From a virus (taxonomy: Duplodnaviria > Heunggongvirae > Uroviricota > Caudoviricetes), in the IMG/VR virus record IMGVR_UViG_2534681672_000003, positions 1 to 56,022 of that record: a DNA stretch of 56,022 nt; one strand, given 5' to 3'. The number at the start of each line of letters is the position of its first letter. Within the stretch, counting starts at the first letter, position 1. The notes beneath the pieces were generated by a model. The model was not told where the DNA came from. It saw only the letters and a program-made list of their open reading frames with translations, and ran no database searches. Of the stretch, positions 26,983-40,415 are shown one piece after another. The position numbers were made by a program, and so were the translations under genes.

Positions 26983-27332
26983 TTACTATCAGCGCCGTGA
27001 TGTGAGTAACTACGGCGCATTGCTATGTAAATACTGGCAATAAACAGAAAAGGTAGTTCTACTCCGAATAATTTTATCTGACACTACTCCTGAACTAACA
27101 TGCGCTTATCTTACAGGATATAAATATAGATCCATAAAATCACGATTAAATAAAGCCGCTCCAAACATAAACCACACCCAACGCTTAACAAGATAGCAAC
27201 AAACAGATAAATAACTTGCAGAAATATTTATCGCAAGGATTATCATTATTAATTACAAATCACTTTACCAAGTCATTCCCCTCTCTTATCATAAAGAGAA
27301 AGTAATAAATAAGTTAAGGGAGTTAGAATACT

Positions 27333-27869
27333 ATGAATCTAAAAAAAATAGCCACAAACATAAAAAACAAGATAATAGAAACATTCAATAAACTTATATT
27401 AGAGGCATCTAAAACCCCCACACAAGATGAAATTAAAATACTTGAGAGAAGAAGTAAAAAGTTTAATTACTCCTTTTTCTCATACGCAGTCACAGGAGCC
27501 ATAATGGTTTTTTGCTCTCAACCATTAATAAAATACGCAAACCCAATGCTTATTTTATTGAGTGGTCTGTTACTGTCTATCATCATTATCCTTCTCAGAA
27601 TGATTTATATTTCACAAGCGAATGCATCATGGACAACCAAAAAACGTTCACATGTACTAGTTCATTTTCTTTCTGCATGTTTCATAGCGTCAACATTGAC
27701 GTTGTTATATCAGGCTTACGATAATAACATCACACACAAATTGTACTGTAAAAATATACAACAACTTATTGAAAAAAGGATAGAAACAGAAAAAAATATC
27801 AGCATATTCAGTGGGATGCAATGCACCCCGGCATATGATTACTCTTTATTTGGATTTAATCTCTTATAA
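27333..27869 (+). CDS. cargo membrane protein (about 3 predicted TM helices)
   Basis: 178-aa ORF in a very AT-rich block. The hydrophobic stretches are AVTGAIMVFCSQPL, LILLSGLLLSIIIILL and LVHFLSACFIASTLTLL. Confidence 0.55.
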   Translation: MNLKKIATNIKNKIIETFNKLILEASKTPTQDEIKILERRSKKFNYSFFSYAVTGAIMVFCSQPLIKYANPMLILLSGLLLSIIIILLRMIYISQANASWTTKKRSHVLVHFLSACFIASTLTLLYQAYDNNITHKLYCKNIQQLIEKRIETEKNISIFSGMQCTPAYDYSLFGFNLL

Positions 27870-27938
27870 AGAATGTTATTACTGATTTGAGTGCAAATTC
27901 TCAAATCAGTAATTCATAATATTTTATTCTGAGATAAT

Positions 27939-28166
27939 TTAAACTACCCACTCACCTCGAATCCATGCCTGCACTTCTGAAAGACGATATGCAACAGCAG
28001 TGGAGCCAATCTTGATCCGCTTAGGAAATTTCCCTTCCTTCTCCAGCTTCCAGCGTGTGCTGTTCGCAAGAGTGGTTAGCTCCCGACATTCTTTCTCACG
28101 GATCATACGATCGATGTTAGGAATGTACTCCAAACCCTTTTTATCAACAATCGCCATTTTTTTCAT
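27939..28166 (-). CDS. alpA: AlpA-family transcriptional regulator/excisionase
   Basis: 75 aa. IREKECRELTTLANSTRWKLEKEGKFPKRIKIGSTAVAYRLSEVQAWI is a typical Phage_AlpA HTH. The gene lies directly downstream of int. Confidence 0.8.
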   Translation of the reverse strand: MKKMAIVDKKGLEYIPNIDRMIREKECRELTTLANSTRWKLEKEGKFPKRIKIGSTAVAYRLSEVQAWIRGEWVV

Positions 28167-28167
28167 G

Positions 28168-29403
28168 TTAACCAGCCTTTTGTTTGAGGATTATCACTTT
28201 TGAATCAGCACCTGCGATGCTATTGAGATATGTAGTCCAGAGTTCCAGAGCATCCAGTTTTTTAGCCATAAACTTACTCCGGTTGTAAACACCTGCCACG
28301 CCAGGTAGCGCATGGCCTAACAGTTGTTCTACTACATAAAATTCAACACCGAGATCACTTAGATGAGTAGATAGCGTTCTTCTAAGGTCGTGTAGTGACC
28401 ATTGTTTTTCATGGCCCAAACGTTTACCGATTTTCCCCCCAATCTTGCTTACGCTTTCTCTAATTCGCAGACTTCCCAGCACATAACCAGTATGTTTTGT
28501 CTCTTCGTGAACATCCGTTACCCACTGTCGTAGAATTTCAGGTACTGGTCTGACGATTTCAACACCAGTTTTTGAGTGATCTTTTGGTACCGTCCAAACC
28601 CAACTTTCGAGATCCCATTCGCTCCATTCAGATAATCGGGCTTCACTCATTCGACATCCAAATACTGTACAAAGCACAAACATTTTTCGCGTGTATTCAG
28701 ACATTAGTTTTAAATCAGGCTCGACAAAAATTGCCTTCCAGAGCTGGCCCAGTTCGGCTTCATCCAGAACCCGATCCCGCTTACCTGCAATCTGCCCCAC
28801 ATCACTCATGCGCAAATCCTTTAAAGCATCACATGTCGCGTACTGGCGTACCCGACAAAAACGAAGAGCTAATTTAGTGTCAGAAAAAACATACGCCGCC
28901 ATAACTGGTGCATTACGTTTAATTCGGTCAAAACAGTCCAGCCATTCATATAGGTGAGTGTCATTTACAGGCAAATGACCGATATAGGGAAAGATATGCT
29001 TTCGAAATCTGCCAAGCGTTACAGCATGAGTTTTACGACGCACCTTACAGTAATTTTCATACCAGTAATTTAGTGCATCCTCCACTGTGACCGGCTTTAA
29101 GCGTTCTTCAGCCTGAATCTTAATCTGGATACGCGGATCACGTTTGTCAGCCAACCAACCACGGCACTCGTCGCGCTTTTCCCTTGCCTGTTTGAGTGAC
29201 ATATCAGGATATTTACCCAACGTTAGCCAGACCGGAGCAGCCCGGCCACCTGCTAACCTGTAGAAGAAAACAAAGCTCACAGCCCCCTTGGTACTCACAC
29301 GAATAGAAAGCCCCTTTCCATCAGCAATGGTGATCTGCTTTTCTCTGGGTTTCCCCAGATATCCTTTAAGCGCTTTGTCGCTCAGTTTGTTCTCGCCAGC
29401 CAT
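28168..29403 (-). CDS. int: tyrosine integrase, P4-type (DUF4102 arm-binding N-terminus)
   Basis: Start at MAGENKLSDKALKGYLGK. The N-terminus has GKGLSIRVSTKGAVSFVFFYRL, and the catalytic region has HDLRRT...LGHALPGVAGVYNR. The gene abuts the right att copy. Confidence 0.9.
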   Translation of the reverse strand: MAGENKLSDKALKGYLGKPREKQITIADGKGLSIRVSTKGAVSFVFFYRLAGGRAAPVWLTLGKYPDMSLKQAREKRDECRGWLADKRDPRIQIKIQAEERLKPVTVEDALNYWYENYCKVRRKTHAVTLGRFRKHIFPYIGHLPVNDTHLYEWLDCFDRIKRNAPVMAAYVFSDTKLALRFCRVRQYATCDALKDLRMSDVGQIAGKRDRVLDEAELGQLWKAIFVEPDLKLMSEYTRKMFVLCTVFGCRMSEARLSEWSEWDLESWVWTVPKDHSKTGVEIVRPVPEILRQWVTDVHEETKHTGYVLGSLRIRESVSKIGGKIGKRLGHEKQWSLHDLRRTLSTHLSDLGVEFYVVEQLLGHALPGVAGVYNRSKFMAKKLDALELWTTYLNSIAGADSKVIILKQKAG

Positions 29404-29566
29404 TTTTAGCCCCAAAAAGCAATACAAGCTGCAATACAGAGATGATTGCAACACACAGATAACGAGGAAAATTCAGTGAAAGCGCCAGATAAACTTATTC
29501 TTTATTATCAAAAGATTAAGTGTAAAAACCAGCAACTACACGAAAGCCTCAGAAAGCCATGCTAAG

Positions 29567-29576
29567 TGCTTCGGCT
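29567..29576. repeat. right copy of the 10-bp direct repeat (att core) TGCTTCGGCT
   Basis: Identical to 18134-18143. E homology resumes here. Confidence 0.9.
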
Positions 29577-29811
29577 TGACATATCCCGGCGTAAATTCAG
29601 AGGTGGAGCCGCCACGGGAACGGATAACCTCACCGGAAACAATCGGCGAAACGTACAGCGCCATGTTTACAAGTCCCGGAATTTGTGAGAGATAGACTTT
29701 CTCCGTAGTGAAGGGATAGCTCTCACGGAAAAAGAGACGCAGAAACAGCGGATCAAACTTAAATTTCTGCTCATTTGCCGCCAGCAGCTGGGCGGTTGTG
29801 TACATCGACAT
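29567..29811 (-). pseudogene. E: major capsid protein E, 5' part (codons 1-82)
   Basis: MSMYTTAQLLAANEQKFKFDPLFLRLFFRESYPF...EFTPGYVKPKH matches the lambda gpE N-terminus. The frame then runs into satellite DNA (LAWLSEAFV*). Confidence 0.95.
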
Positions 29812-29866
29812 AAAAAAATCCCGTAAAAAAAGCCGCACAGGCGGCCTTTAGTGATGAAGGGTCAGG

Positions 29867-30199
29867 TTAAACGATGCTGATTGCCGTTCCGGCAAACGCG
29901 GTCCGTTTTTTCGTCTCGTCGCTGGCAGCCTCCGGCCAGAGCACATCCTCATAACGGAACGTGCCGGACTTGTAGAACGTCAGTGTGGTGCTGGTCTGGT
30001 CAGCAGCAACCGCCAGAATGCCAACGGCAGCACCGTCGGTGGTGCCATCCCAAGCAACCAGCTTACGGGTGGAGGTGTCCAGCATCAGCGGGGTCATTGC
30101 AGGCGCTTTCGCACTCAATCCGCCGGGCGCGGTTGCGGTATGAGCCGGGTCACTGTTGCCCAGCGGCTGGTAATGGGTAAAGGTTTCTTTGCTCGTCAT
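29867..30199 (-). CDS. D: head decoration protein D
   Basis: [41 protein letters not shown]... matches lambda gpD (110 aa). Confidence 0.93.
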   Translation of the reverse strand: MTSKETFTHYQPLGNSDPAHTATAPGGLSAKAPAMTPLMLDTSTRKLVAWDGTTDGAAVGILAVAADQTSTTLTFYKSGTFRYEDVLWPEAASDETKKRTAFAGTAISIV

Positions 30200-30208
30200 A
30201 AACATCCC

Positions 30209-30604
30209 TTACACTGGTGTGTTCAGCAAATCGTTAACGGCATCAGATGCCGGGTTACCTGCCGCCAGCGGTGTCGGTGCCCCCTGCATCAGACGATCCA
30301 GCGCAGTGTCACTGCGCGCCTGTGCACTCTGTGGTGCTGCGGCCAGAATGCGGCGGGCCGTTTCCACGGTCATACCGGGGGTTTCTGCCAGCACGCGGGC
30401 CTGTTCTTCGCGTCCGTGAGCCTCCTCACAATTGAGGATCCCCATAATGCGGCTGTTTTCTGCCGCAACCGCTGCGGTGATCTGTGCGTTCACGTCCGGC
30501 TGCGCCGCGCTGGCGTTCTCGCCCTCTGTCGCTGACACCACGTCAGTAACGTCAGCCTGCAAAGCAGTGGCTGAAACAGTTGTTGATTGAGTCTCTTTGG
30601 TCAT
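30209..30604 (-). CDS. Nu3: scaffold protein Nu3 (internal start in the C frame)
   Basis: MTKETQSTTVSATALQADV...NDLLNTPV, 131 aa as in lambda. It lies downstream of, and is untouched by, the duplication. Confidence 0.8.
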   Translation of the reverse strand: MTKETQSTTVSATALQADVTDVVSATEGENASAAQPDVNAQITAAVAAENSRIMGILNCEEAHGREEQARVLAETPGMTVETARRILAAAPQSAQARSDTALDRLMQGAPTPLAAGNPASDAVNDLLNTPV

Positions 30605-30863
30605 TCGCCCTCCTGAGAGACGGGATTTACGTGCATCCAGTGCCTCACGCATAACGGTGATCGCATCGGTGCTGTTGACAAGTTCATCAGCCAGTCCGGC
30701 ATCAATGGCCTCCTGACCGCTGTACACTGCAGCCTCGGTATCCAGCACAGCCTGCACGGACAGGCCGGTATATGCCGACACCTTCTGCGCAAACATCCGG
30801 CGGGTTGCATCCATCCGGGACTGCAGTGTCTCCCGGACGTCATCCGGAAGATGGCTGTAGGGG

Positions 30864-31009
30864 TTGCCATCCACCTTATGGCTGCCGCTGTAAATCAGCG
30901 TGATTTCCACGCCCTGTTTCTCCAGCGCAGCACCGTTTGCCATCCACCTTATGGCTGCCGCTGTAAATCAGCGTGATTTCCACGCCCTGTTTCTCCAGCG
31001 CAGCACCGT
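30864..31009. repeat. perfect tandem duplication, 2 x 73 bp, inside gene C
   Basis: TTGCCATCCACCTTATGGCTGCCGCTGTAAATCAGCGTGATTTCCACGCCCTGTTTCTCCAGCGCAGCACCGT occurs at 30864-30936 and again at 30937-31009. Confidence 0.95.
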
Positions 31010-31581
31010 AATTACTGTGAGCCATCATGACGCCGATGGAGCCTGTCCGGGCGGTCTGCGTGACCAGACGCCGGGAGGCGGCACTGGCAAGCAACTGACC
31101 TGCACTGCAGTTCATGTCGTTGGCAAGCGTCCATACCGGTTTTATGTCACGCACACGGGCGATGATGTCAGCGCAGTCAAATGCCCCCGCCACCATCCCG
31201 CCGGGCGTGTCCATATCGAGCAGAATGCCGTCCACCATCGGATCGCTGGCAGCCTGTTGCAGACGGGCGATAATGCCGTTGTAACCGGTCATCCCCGAGT
31301 ACGGCTGCAGCGCCCGCGTCCGGCTGACCAGCGTGCCGGACACCGGCAGCACGGCGATGCCGTTCATGACCTGATAACTGCGGGCCTGTCGTGGTCCGTC
31401 ATCATCACCGGATAATGCCAGCGTCGCGAGTGCCTCCTGGGCAGTCAGGCTGTCGCCGGACACCGCATCCGTCAGGCGGCTGATCCCAAGCTGGCCTGCA
31501 AGCGCACAAAAGAAAACCCGCGCATAGGCGGGTTCAAGCATCAGCGGCTCATTAAAGGCCATACTGGCAATATGCGGGAGA

Positions 31582-35282
<3,701 letters not shown>

Positions 35283-35308
<26 letters not shown>

Positions 35309-35828
35309 TCAGCAACCCCGGTATCAGTTCATCCAGCGCGGCTGCTTTGTTCATGGCTTTGATGATATCCCGTTTCAGGAAATCAACATGTCGGTTTTCC
35401 AGTTCCGGAAAACGCCGCTGCACCGACAGGGGGATCCCGTCGAGAATACTGGCAATTTCACCTGCGATCCGCGACAACACGAAAGTACAGAATGCGGTTT
35501 CCACCACTTCAGCGGAGTCTCTGGCATTCTTCAGTTCCTGTGCGTCGGCCTGCGCACGCGTAAGTCGATGGCGTTCGTACTCAATAGTCCCTGGCTGGAG
35601 ATCTGCCTCGCTGGACTGCCGCAGTTCTTCAACCTCCCGGCGCAGCTTTTCGTTCTCAATTTCAGCATCCCTTTCGGCATACCATTTTATAACGGCGGCA
35701 GAGTCATAAAGCACCTCATTACCCTTGCCACCGCCTCGCAGAACGGGCATTCCCTGTTCCTGCCAGTTCTGAATGGTACGGATACTCGCACCGAAAATGT
35801 CAGCCAGCTGCTTTTTGTTGACTTCCAT
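35283..35828 (-). CDS. Nu1: terminase small subunit Nu1
   Basis: 181-aa ORF, MEVNKKQLADIFGASIRTIQNWQEQGMPVLRGGGKGNEVLYDS... Confidence 0.95.
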
Positions 35829-36060
35829 TGTTCATTCCACGGCCAAAAACAGAGAAAGGAAACGACAAAGGCCCAAAAGTTCGTTTTCAGCACCTGTCGT
35901 TTCCTTTCTTTTCAGGGGGTATTTTAAATAAAAACATTAAGTTACGACGAAGAAGAACGGAAACGCCTTAAACCGGAAAATTTTCATAAATAGCGAAAAC
36001 CCGCGAGGTCGCCGCCCCGTAACCTGTCGGATCGCCGGAAAGGACCCGTTGGCCGTTCTG
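35829..36060 (-). other. cos: resident cos site (cosB, cosN, cosQ); cosN 12-mer at 36006-36017
   Basis: The minus strand reads ...CGACAGGTTACG GGGCGGCGACCT CGCGGGTTTTCGCTATTTATGAAAATTTTCCGG..., which is the lambda cohesive-end sequence. Confidence 0.9.
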
Positions 36061-36102
36061 GTCTACTTCGTAATGGGATTTAATAGCTGAACGACAAAAG
36101 TC

Positions 36103-36327
36103 TTGCGACCACAGTCACACAGACCTGAATACACGTCCTGTTTCTTCCACCCCCGCACAGGACTGGCGAGCATGAGGGACACCCCCGCGAACCATAAACG
36201 CGGTAAAAACCCGGTGTGCATCGTTTTTGATTATTCCCGCACACTCACGCAGAAGGAATTCCCCGTCGGGCTACGGTCATGGTTAATGCGGGAATACGGC
36301 GACGATACAGCGCAGCTAAAAGGGTAA
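36103..36327 (+). CDS. hypothetical ORF between cos and bor
   Basis: 74-aa ORF with no recognisable family or clear ribosome-binding site. Confidence 0.25.
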   Translation: MRPQSHRPEYTSCFFHPRTGLASMRDTPANHKRGKNPVCIVFDYSRTLTQKEFPVGLRSWLMREYGDDTAQLKG

Positions 36328-36496
36328 TGGACAGATAGAGCGGTTTATTTCATTCCACAGGATTCTGAGTGCCCCCCCCCTCCTCCAATAGGCTGAGCAT
36401 CCACCTATATAGTTTTAATTTTCATCAATCCATTTAACTATCGTTTAATTGTTGTCACATAGGATTCTGCCGTTTTTAACAATGCAGGATAATAAG

Positions 36497-36790
36497 ATGA
36501 AAAAAATGTTGTTTTCTGCCGCTCTGGCAATGCTTATTACAGGATGTGCTCAACAGACGTTTACTGTTGGAAACAAACCGACAGCAGTAACACCAAAGGA
36601 AACCATCACCCATCATTTCTTCGTTTCGGGAATTGGACAGGAGAAAACTGTTGATGCAGCCAAAATTTGTGGCGGCGCAGAAAATGTTGTTAAAACAGAA
36701 ACCCAGCAAACATTCGTAAATGGATTTCTCGGTTTTATTACTTTAGGCATTTATACTCCGCTGGAAGCGCGTGTGTATTGCTCACAATAA
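36497..36790 (+). CDS. bor: Bor serum-resistance lipoprotein
   Basis: MKKMLFSAALAMLITGCAQQTFTVGNKPTAV... The lipobox is LITGC, and the 97 aa match lambda Bor. Confidence 0.92.
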   Translation: MKKMLFSAALAMLITGCAQQTFTVGNKPTAVTPKETITHHFFVSGIGQEKTVDAAKICGGAENVVKTETQQTFVNGFLGFITLGIYTPLEARVYCSQ

Positions 36791-36821
36791 TTGCATGAGT
36801 TGCCCATCGATATGGGCAGCT

Positions 36822-37283
36822 CTATCTGCACTGCTCATTAATATACTTCTGGGTTCCTTCCAGTTGTTTTTGCATAGTGATCAGCCTCTCTCTGAGGGTG
36901 AAATAATCCCGTTCAGCGGTGTCTGCCAGTCGGGGGGAGGCTGCATTATCCACGCCGGAGGCGGTGGTGGCTTCACGCACTGACTGACAGACTGCTTTGA
37001 TGTGCAACCGACGACGACCAGCGGCAACATCATCACGCAGAGCATCATTTTCAGCTTTCGCATTAGCTAACTCCTTCGTGTATTTTTCATCCAGTGCAGC
37101 AACATCACGCTGGCGCATCTGCATGTCAGTAATTGCCGCGTTCGCCAGCTTCAGTTCTCTGGCATTTTTGTCGCGCTGGGCTTTGTAGGTAATGGCGTTA
37201 TCACGGTAATGATTAACAGCCCATGACAGGCAGACGATGATGCAGATAACCAGAGCGGAGATAATCGCGGTTACTCTGTTCAT
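36822..37283 (-). CDS. Rz: spanin inner-membrane subunit Rz
   Basis: Start at [36 protein letters not shown]. The ATGA overlaps the R stop. Confidence 0.9.
   Translation of the reverse strand: MNRVTAIISALVICIIVCLSWAVNHYRDNAITYKAQRDKNARELKLANAAITDMQMRQRDVAALDEKYTKELANAKAENDALRDDVAAGRRRLHIKAVCQSVREATTASGVDNAASPRLADTAERDYFTLRERLITMQKQLEGTQKYINEQCR
36881..37063 (-). CDS. Rz1: spanin outer-membrane lipoprotein Rz1 (embedded in Rz, +1 frame)
   Basis: [60 protein letters not shown]. It has a lipobox and is proline-rich. Confidence 0.88.
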   Translation of the reverse strand: MRKLKMMLCVMMLPLVVVGCTSKQSVSQCVKPPPPPAWIMQPPPDWQTPLNGIISPSERG

Positions 37284-37777
37284 TGCTGACCCCACAAACA
37301 GATTTCACGCTCAATCTCACGACGAGTCATGAGACCTTTCCATTGCTTACCGCCAGCATATGTCCAGCGACGTAGCTGATCACATGCGCCTTTGATATCG
37401 CCCTGGTTTATTTTGCGAAGAAGCGTCGATGTTCTGAAATTGCCAGCGCCCACGTTGTAAACGAACGAGTAAAGAGCGCCGCGCGTTGTTTCCGGTATAT
37501 CAACTTTTATGTACGGGTTAATTTGTCTGGCGACCGTGGCAAGGTCTTTATTCAGGAGGGCTTTGCATTCTGCTTTGGTATACGTTTTACCGAGCATGAT
37601 GTCTTTTCCTGTATGCCCGTGACATACAGTCCATACACCAACAATATCTTTGTATGGTATGTAGCTGACACCCTCCAGACCATCGTTACCACTTGAGCCA
37701 GTGATTAACACTGATGCTATAGCAATTGCTCCGCCACCAATAGCAGCAGCAACGGCTTTTCGTAATGATGGAGGCAT
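37280..37777 (-). CDS. R: SAR endolysin (phage 21 R-type, T4-lysozyme family)
   Basis: The N-terminal Gly/Ala-rich signal-anchor-release segment is [20 protein letters not shown]. The E...D...T triad context is [22 protein letters not shown]. Confidence 0.88.
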   Translation of the reverse strand: MPPSLRKAVAAAIGGGAIAIASVLITGSSGNDGLEGVSYIPYKDIVGVWTVCHGHTGKDIMLGKTYTKAECKALLNKDLATVARQINPYIKVDIPETTRGALYSFVYNVGAGNFRTSTLLRKINQGDIKGACDQLRRWTYAGGKQWKGLMTRREIEREICLWGQQ

Positions 37778-37992
37778 TATTCACCTCTCGCAGCCTTGCG
37801 CTTATCTTCTTTAATCTTGAAATAAAGGTTTGTCAGGTACGTCAGCAAGCCAAATACCAAGCTACCCAGCACACCTATTGCTGCCCACTGTGAGGGCGTG
37901 ACTTTATCGAGCAGCTGTAAAAACCAGTAGCCAGCACTGCCTGCGGAGGTGCCGTAGGCAATGCCCGTTGTTAACTTATCCATGGATTTCAT
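37777..37992 (-). CDS. S: pinholin (phage 21 S-type, class II holin) with dual-start motif
   Basis: [71 protein letters not shown]. Confidence 0.88.
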   Translation of the reverse strand: MKSMDKLTTGIAYGTSAGSAGYWFLQLLDKVTPSQWAAIGVLGSLVFGLLTYLTNLYFKIKEDKRKAARGE

Positions 37993-38180
37993 AGCCTCAC
38001 CTCCGCAAATAACGGATGGTGTACACGGTTCGGAACGAAGAGGAAAGGTATAGAAGTTACATTAGCGTAAGGCTTGAACATCTATTCAAAAAGAAAAACG
38101 CCAGCGATTATTCTGGCGTAGCTGAAAGCATCATACAATTATTAAATACGAAAATTACAAAATCATTAAAACGCATCACG

Positions 38181-38921
38181 TTACATCATGTCTTTTTCTA
38201 AAAAAAGTCTTGATGAATATTGATGGGGAGGAACACCAAAATATCTTCTGAAAACACTTACAAAATATGACGTGTTTTCATAACCGCATATCTCAGCAAC
38301 TTTTCCAACAGAATATAAATTGTAGCTTAATAACCTTTCCGCCATCACCATTCGCTCTTCAAGAATTAACTTACTAAATGATAAGCCTTCGTGCTTTAAT
38401 TTTCTTTTTAACAGACTTTCACTCAGATACAGTCTTGAAGATATATCACAAAGTCTCCATGCTGCAGATATATCCGTGTGAATAATAGCCTTAACTTTAC
38501 TTCCTAAACTATTAAGACATCCAAATAAAAAACTTTGCACTATTTTCTCTGAAGATAAGATAGCAAGACATGCAAGTGATATTTGATTTCTAACAAAATC
38601 CACAGTTCTGCCATCACAATTCAAGCATGCAATCAAGTTCTTTAACAATGAAAAATCTTCACATTCCACCATCAAGTATGCCGGATAAAACCTTCTTACA
38701 GAAAAAGGTGAGAGTGTGTTGCTTTTAAAGAAATCATTAACTGTTTTCTCTTCAACATCTACGATCATTACATGATCTATATTTGATGAAAAAAAATCTT
38801 TTAAATTGTAATCAATGAGAACAGCACTTCCTTTTTTAAACAAAATATCTTCTTTACCAATTCGGACATCAAACGAGTTCAACACCAAAATGATAGAACA
38901 TATGTATGGCATATTATCCAC
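38181..38921 (-). CDS. AraC-family transcriptional regulator (prophage moron)
   Basis: 246-aa ORF. The C-terminal HTH_18 pattern is ...LSESLLKRKLKHEGLSFSKLILEERMVMAERLL...VAEICGYENTSYFVSVFRRYFGVPP. The block is AT-rich. Confidence 0.8.
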   Translation of the reverse strand: MDNMPYICSIILVLNSFDVRIGKEDILFKKGSAVLIDYNLKDFFSSNIDHVMIVDVEEKTVNDFFKSNTLSPFSVRRFYPAYLMVECEDFSLLKNLIACLNCDGRTVDFVRNQISLACLAILSSEKIVQSFLFGCLNSLGSKVKAIIHTDISAAWRLCDISSRLYLSESLLKRKLKHEGLSFSKLILEERMVMAERLLSYNLYSVGKVAEICGYENTSYFVSVFRRYFGVPPHQYSSRLFLEKDMM

Positions 38922-39263
38922 CTGATATCATTGGGGTTACACCAGGTAAGTATAGGTGGAAAATCAATATTCGCCAGTTCAACAATAAGGAAAATCTCAT
39001 TGCATCACAAGTATAAAATTATGTATTTAACTCACAAAGACAAATTATTAAACCAATCTGTTATATTATATATAGCTGCGTGGAATCATAATATTATATA
39101 TTTTGACTGGCATGTTTACCAACTTTAAGTTGCATCTCAATGGTTTCTTCAGCGTAAACAGAGTTTTTATACAAACTGACACTCTGGGTATCATAGTGTA
39201 GTTTTTACGATTGTAAATATCTTGCATGCAGGAACTCATCCTTTTGGATGATATCGCATACAA

Positions 39264-40223
39264 TTAATTTACCATCAGTCTTAGAGCCAGTTCGTCCGGA
39301 TAGGGAGCGAAGTAATTCTGTGTAAGCAAGTAATCATTAGGATACTCACCCAGATAATGCTTCAGCAGAGTCAACGGCGCAAGAAGAGGTAATGTGCCAG
39401 AACGATAGTTAAGTATAACCTCGCTCAACTCTTTACGCTGGCGTGTACTTAAGTAGTTACTAAAATACCCCTGTATATGCATCAGCACATTCGTGTGATT
39501 TTTACGTGATGCAGGTTTTCTGAGAATCGCCATCAGCTTATCACGATACACCTCAAAGTATGATTCAAGGTCCGCCCACTCGTGTATTGCAGCCACAAAT
39601 GGTCCCATATCTTTATAGCCTGCCTGACTATGCGCCAACAACTGAAGCTTATAACGACTATGAAAAGCTAATAACTCTCTTCTTGATAATTTCTCCTTGT
39701 AAAGGTGATTGAGCTCATGCAAAGCAAAAACTCTTTCAACAAAATTCTCACGAAGCACTGGATCATGTAATCGCCCATCCTCTTCAACCGGTAGCCAGGA
39801 AAACTTTTCCATCAAAGTGCTCGTAAATAGTCCCACTCCATCTTTACGACCTCGATTACCATTTTCATCATAGACACGCACGCGCTCCATGCCACAGCTG
39901 GGAGATTTAGCACAAACCACAAACCCCGATACATCCTTTAATTTGTCCATATAAGAACGACTAAACTCTGTCATTCTCTCTGTCACATCCTCATTCTGGT
40001 CGTGGCTGAAACACATCCGTATATTTCCTTGCGTCGAGCGCACAAGACGTAGAGCAGGACGCGGAACTGGCAGCCCTATAGCCATTTCCGGACATACTGG
40101 TCTGAATGTTACCCATTCCACTAATTTGTCCATTAAAAAGTCAGCTCTTTTGTGACCACCATCAAAACGAACAGCAGAGCCGGCCAAACAACCGCTGATT
40201 CCAATCACAGGTTTTTTTATCAT
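39264..40223 (-). CDS. YbgA-family protein (DUF523 + DUF1722)
   Basis: 319-aa ORF. The N-terminus GISGCLAGSAVRFDGGHK is DUF523-like, and the C-terminal half follows the DUF1722-like pattern. Confidence 0.65.
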   Translation of the reverse strand: MIKKPVIGISGCLAGSAVRFDGGHKRADFLMDKLVEWVTFRPVCPEMAIGLPVPRPALRLVRSTQGNIRMCFSHDQNEDVTERMTEFSRSYMDKLKDVSGFVVCAKSPSCGMERVRVYDENGNRGRKDGVGLFTSTLMEKFSWLPVEEDGRLHDPVLRENFVERVFALHELNHLYKEKLSRRELLAFHSRYKLQLLAHSQAGYKDMGPFVAAIHEWADLESYFEVYRDKLMAILRKPASRKNHTNVLMHIQGYFSNYLSTRQRKELSEVILNYRSGTLPLLAPLTLLKHYLGEYPNDYLLTQNYFAPYPDELALRLMVN

Positions 40224-40415
40224 ATTCTCCCCCTTGACTAATTCATTAACACATAAACTGTGTAGTGCACGGAATAAATTGCCTTTCTGGCGTCATCACT
40301 GACAATTTTTCTGTTATAGACTATTCCTAATATAGTATGAAAGTTCTTTAAGTGATCGGTCGTAATCATCTATCTTTCATACTTACTCTCAACTATCAAA
40401 AGTACAGGATTTATT

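Larger units (their letters stand above)
18134..29576 (-). mobile_element. integrated phage-satellite-like element (PICI/P4-like core plus its own capsid, decoration, small-terminase and cos module) in gene E
   Basis: Bounded by the 10-bp direct repeat. Integrase and alpA sit at the right end, and the element has its own replication gene, iteron origin, ssb, cos, and E-like and D-like genes. It has no portal, protease, TerL or tail genes. Confidence 0.88.

Noticed and set aside
26472-27020. N-terminal 183 codons of the 304-aa ORF-track frame (26106-27020)
   Set aside because: The extension crosses the operator-repeat region and is antisense to the RHH-like gene. The Icd-like homology and the ribosome-binding site start at 26471.
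18134-29576. Classifying the element as a canonical P4, cf-PICI or PLE
   Set aside because: It lacks sid, psu, delta and epsilon (P4). It lacks portal, protease, adaptor and TerL (cf-PICI). Nothing in it resembles a PLE. It shares only the int, alpA and primase-helicase backbone, so it is described generically as satellite-like.
36372-36380. C9 homopolymer between cos and bor as a phase-variation tract
   Set aside because: It lies in non-coding DNA with no adjacent promoter or ORF that it would obviously switch. It is noted only as a possible hotspot for sequencing errors.
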